59,565 nt of DNA from Deltaproteobacteria bacterium (GTDB taxonomy: Bacteria; Desulfobacterota; GWC2-55-46; JADFVP01): contig JAJRZX010000073.1 of the NCBI GenBank assembly GCA_024275045.1, positions 1-59,565 on the forward strand, written 5' to 3'. Of this stretch, positions 58,027 to 59,565 are shown in pieces. The stretch's first letter is position 1. Each line of letters opens with the position of its first letter. The notes beneath the pieces were generated by a model. The model was given only the letters and a program-made list of their open reading frames with translations. It had not been told where the DNA came from and searched no databases. The translations under genes were made by a program, and so were the position numbers.

Positions 58027-59532
58027 ATGAAAAAAGGTGTACTTATAATCATAGTCCTTATTGTGGGCGGTATAATCGGAGCCGGCGGCCTCTACATGTC
58101 CTCTCGTTTTATGGGAGGAAAGCTCACGACAGAGCAGGGTGGCGCAGCCTCGGGGAAAAAAGACGGCAGAAAAATCCTCTATTATAAGGCCCCCATGAAC
58201 CCCTCTTATATCGCCGATAAACCCGGAAAGTCGCCTATGGGTATGGACCTTATACCTGTCTATGAGGGCGAGGAAGACACGTCCGCCCCGGGCACGGTAA
58301 AGATAGACCCCATAACCATACAGAACATTGGCGTAAGGATAGCCGAGGTAACTCATAAAAGGCTTGAAAAAGCAGTGCGCACCGTTGGCACTGTTACCTA
58401 TGACGAGAAAAAGGTATATCACATAGATACCAAGATAGACGGCTGGGTGGAGAAGTTATACTTTGACTTTACGGGGCAGAAGGTGAAAAAGGGGGATATG
58501 CTTCTTGAGTTCTACAGCCCCAAGCTCATCTCCGCAGAGGAGGAGTTTTTACTGGCCAAGAAAATGGCCGGCAGGATGAAAGAAGTGAGAAGGACATCTC
58601 TTGTGGATCTCAGCAGAAGGCGTCTCGAATTATGGGATGTGCCCGCTCATCAGATAAGGGAGCTTGAGGAGACCGGGGTAGTGAAGAGAACCCTGCATAT
58701 TCAGTCTCCGGTAACAGGTATTATCGTGGATAAACCCATTATTGAGGGGATGTATGTAAAACCAGGGCAAAAGCTCTACACCATAGCCGATATTTCCGGT
58801 GTCTGGGTCTATGCCGATATATATGAGTACGAGCTGCCATGGGTCAAACTTGGTCAGGACGCGGAGATGACCCTTGCATCCTATCCCGGCGAGGTCTTTC
58901 ACGGCCATGTCTCTTTTATATACCCCTTTGTGGAGCCCAAGACAAGGACCATAAAGGTAAGGGTAGAGTTTGATAACCCGGGTTTTAAGCTTAAACCCGA
59001 TATGTACGCAGATGTCACACTGAAGTCCGTTATCGGCAAACACGTGGTGGCCGTTCCCAAAGAGGCGGTGCTTTTGTCCGGCAAGAGAAGCCTTGTGGTG
59101 CTCAGCCTTGGCGGCGGCAAGTTCAAGCCGCAGGATGTGGTGCTCGGGGCTGAGACGGATGATTTTTATGAGGTGCGTTCGGGGTTAAAAGACGGCGATC
59201 TGGTCGTAACCTCTGCTCAGTTCCTCATTGACTCTGAGAGTAGCCTCAAGGAAGCCGTATCCAAGATGCTTGAGGCCAAGAAGCTTGACGGCAAAAAAAA
59301 GGGCGGGACCATGAAGGGCATGGGAAAAAAGCCCTCCATGAAAGGCATGAAGAAAAAGGGCCGGAAAAAGGACATGAAGGGTATGGACATGAAGGGCATG
59401 GACATGAAGGGTATGGACATGAAAGGCATGGACATGAAGGGTATGGACATGAAAGGCATGGACATGAAGGGCATGGATATGAAAGGCATGGACATGAAAG
59501 GCATGAAGCAGGGCGGTTACATGAAGGCATGA
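58027..59532 (+). CDS. RND efflux periplasmic adaptor (CusB/CzcB-like) with a Met-rich repetitive C-terminal tail
   Basis: 501 aa. N-terminal YYKAPMNPSYIADKPGKSPMGMDLIPV (CusB-like metal-binding module), HlyD/barrel-sandwich core, and a tail of (DMKGM)x9. Confidence 0.85.
   Translation: MKKGVLIIIVLIVGGIIGAGGLYMSSRFMGGKLTTEQGGAASGKKDGRKILYYKAPMNPSYIADKPGKSPMGMDLIPVYEGEEDTSAPGTVKIDPITIQNIGVRIAEVTHKRLEKAVRTVGTVTYDEKKVYHIDTKIDGWVEKLYFDFTGQKVKKGDMLLEFYSPKLISAEEEFLLAKKMAGRMKEVRRTSLVDLSRRRLELWDVPAHQIRELEETGVVKRTLHIQSPVTGIIVDKPIIEGMYVKPGQKLYTIADISGVWVYADIYEYELPWVKLGQDAEMTLASYPGEVFHGHVSFIYPFVEPKTRTIKVRVEFDNPGFKLKPDMYADVTLKSVIGKHVVAVPKEAVLLSGKRSLVVLSLGGGKFKPQDVVLGAETDDFYEVRSGLKDGDLVVTSAQFLIDSESSLKEAVSKMLEAKKLDGKKKGGTMKGMGKKPSMKGMKKKGRKKDMKGMDMKGMDMKGMDMKGMDMKGMDMKGMDMKGMDMKGMDMKGMKQGGYMKA
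59371..59505 (+). repeat. Nine tandem copies of a 15-bp unit GACATGAA(G/A)GG(T/C)ATG, coding (DMKGM)x9
   Basis: Read directly from the sequence. Synonymous third-position variation alternates between units. Confidence 0.95.
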
Positions 59533-59565
59533 AGCAGGAGAGTATGAATTAGGCGGCCTCTTCGG

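Noticed and set aside
59371-59505. Possible CRISPR-like array because of regular short repeats
   Set aside because: The units are contiguous 15-mers with no spacers and lie in frame within a CDS. No cas genes are present. No CRISPR array was seen anywhere in the window.
59217-59530. Minus-strand ORFs encoding MPFMSMPF... and CPCLSCP... repeats
   Set aside because: They are mirror images of the (DMKGM)x9 coding repeat inside the well-supported adaptor gene, not independent genes.

Overview
About 59.6 kb of roughly 50% GC bacterial chromosome. It is densely coded, with no transposase, integrase, rRNA or CRISPR array visible. Family names below come from motifs I recognised in the supplied translations; no database search was run.

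Order of content:
- 5' end of hcp (hybrid-cluster protein), divergent from a Crp/Fnr (HcpR-like) regulator.
- A Kef-type K+/H+ antiporter and yaiI.
- A small accessory islet: VapBC, an AT-rich stand-alone TIR gene, and a HigBA pair with a frameshifted toxin. The VapBC-TIR part lies between two copies of a perfect 26-bp repeat.
- A nine-gene minus-strand haem-copper oxidase operon: coxIII-sco1-coxII-coxI-ctaA-ctaB, then a divergent subunit-I-like paralog, a 39-aa ORF and DUF420.
- Two Sel1-repeat proteins and an ABC-2 exporter.
- A co-directional six-gene cassette at 18191-25191. It holds a soluble Ycf46-like AAA+ ATPase fused to an M41 protease, DUF1257-like and DUF2997-like proteins, an NrdG-type radical-SAM activase, a helical-repeat/Hsp70 fusion and a TPR protein. 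I consider this the best candidate for an undescribed system.
- Housekeeping genes: a DUF2156 protein, hemW, hrcA-grpE-dnaJ (no dnaK), an LpoA-like binding protein, moaC, a dksA-type gene, galT, a receiver protein and tRNA-Ala(CGC).
- A B12 radical-SAM gene and a c-di-GMP/two-component cluster: GGDEF-EAL, Cache histidine kinase, REC, and REC-PAS-GAF-HD-GYP.
- sodB.
- A merR-T-P-F-A operon whose merA carries an in-frame amber codon.
- A Kelch/TPR lipoprotein and two c-type cytochromes.
- A BlaI/CopY-type repressor next to a cus-like efflux operon. Both promoters carry the same palindromic operator, and the adaptor protein ends in a (DMKGM)x9 tandem repeat.
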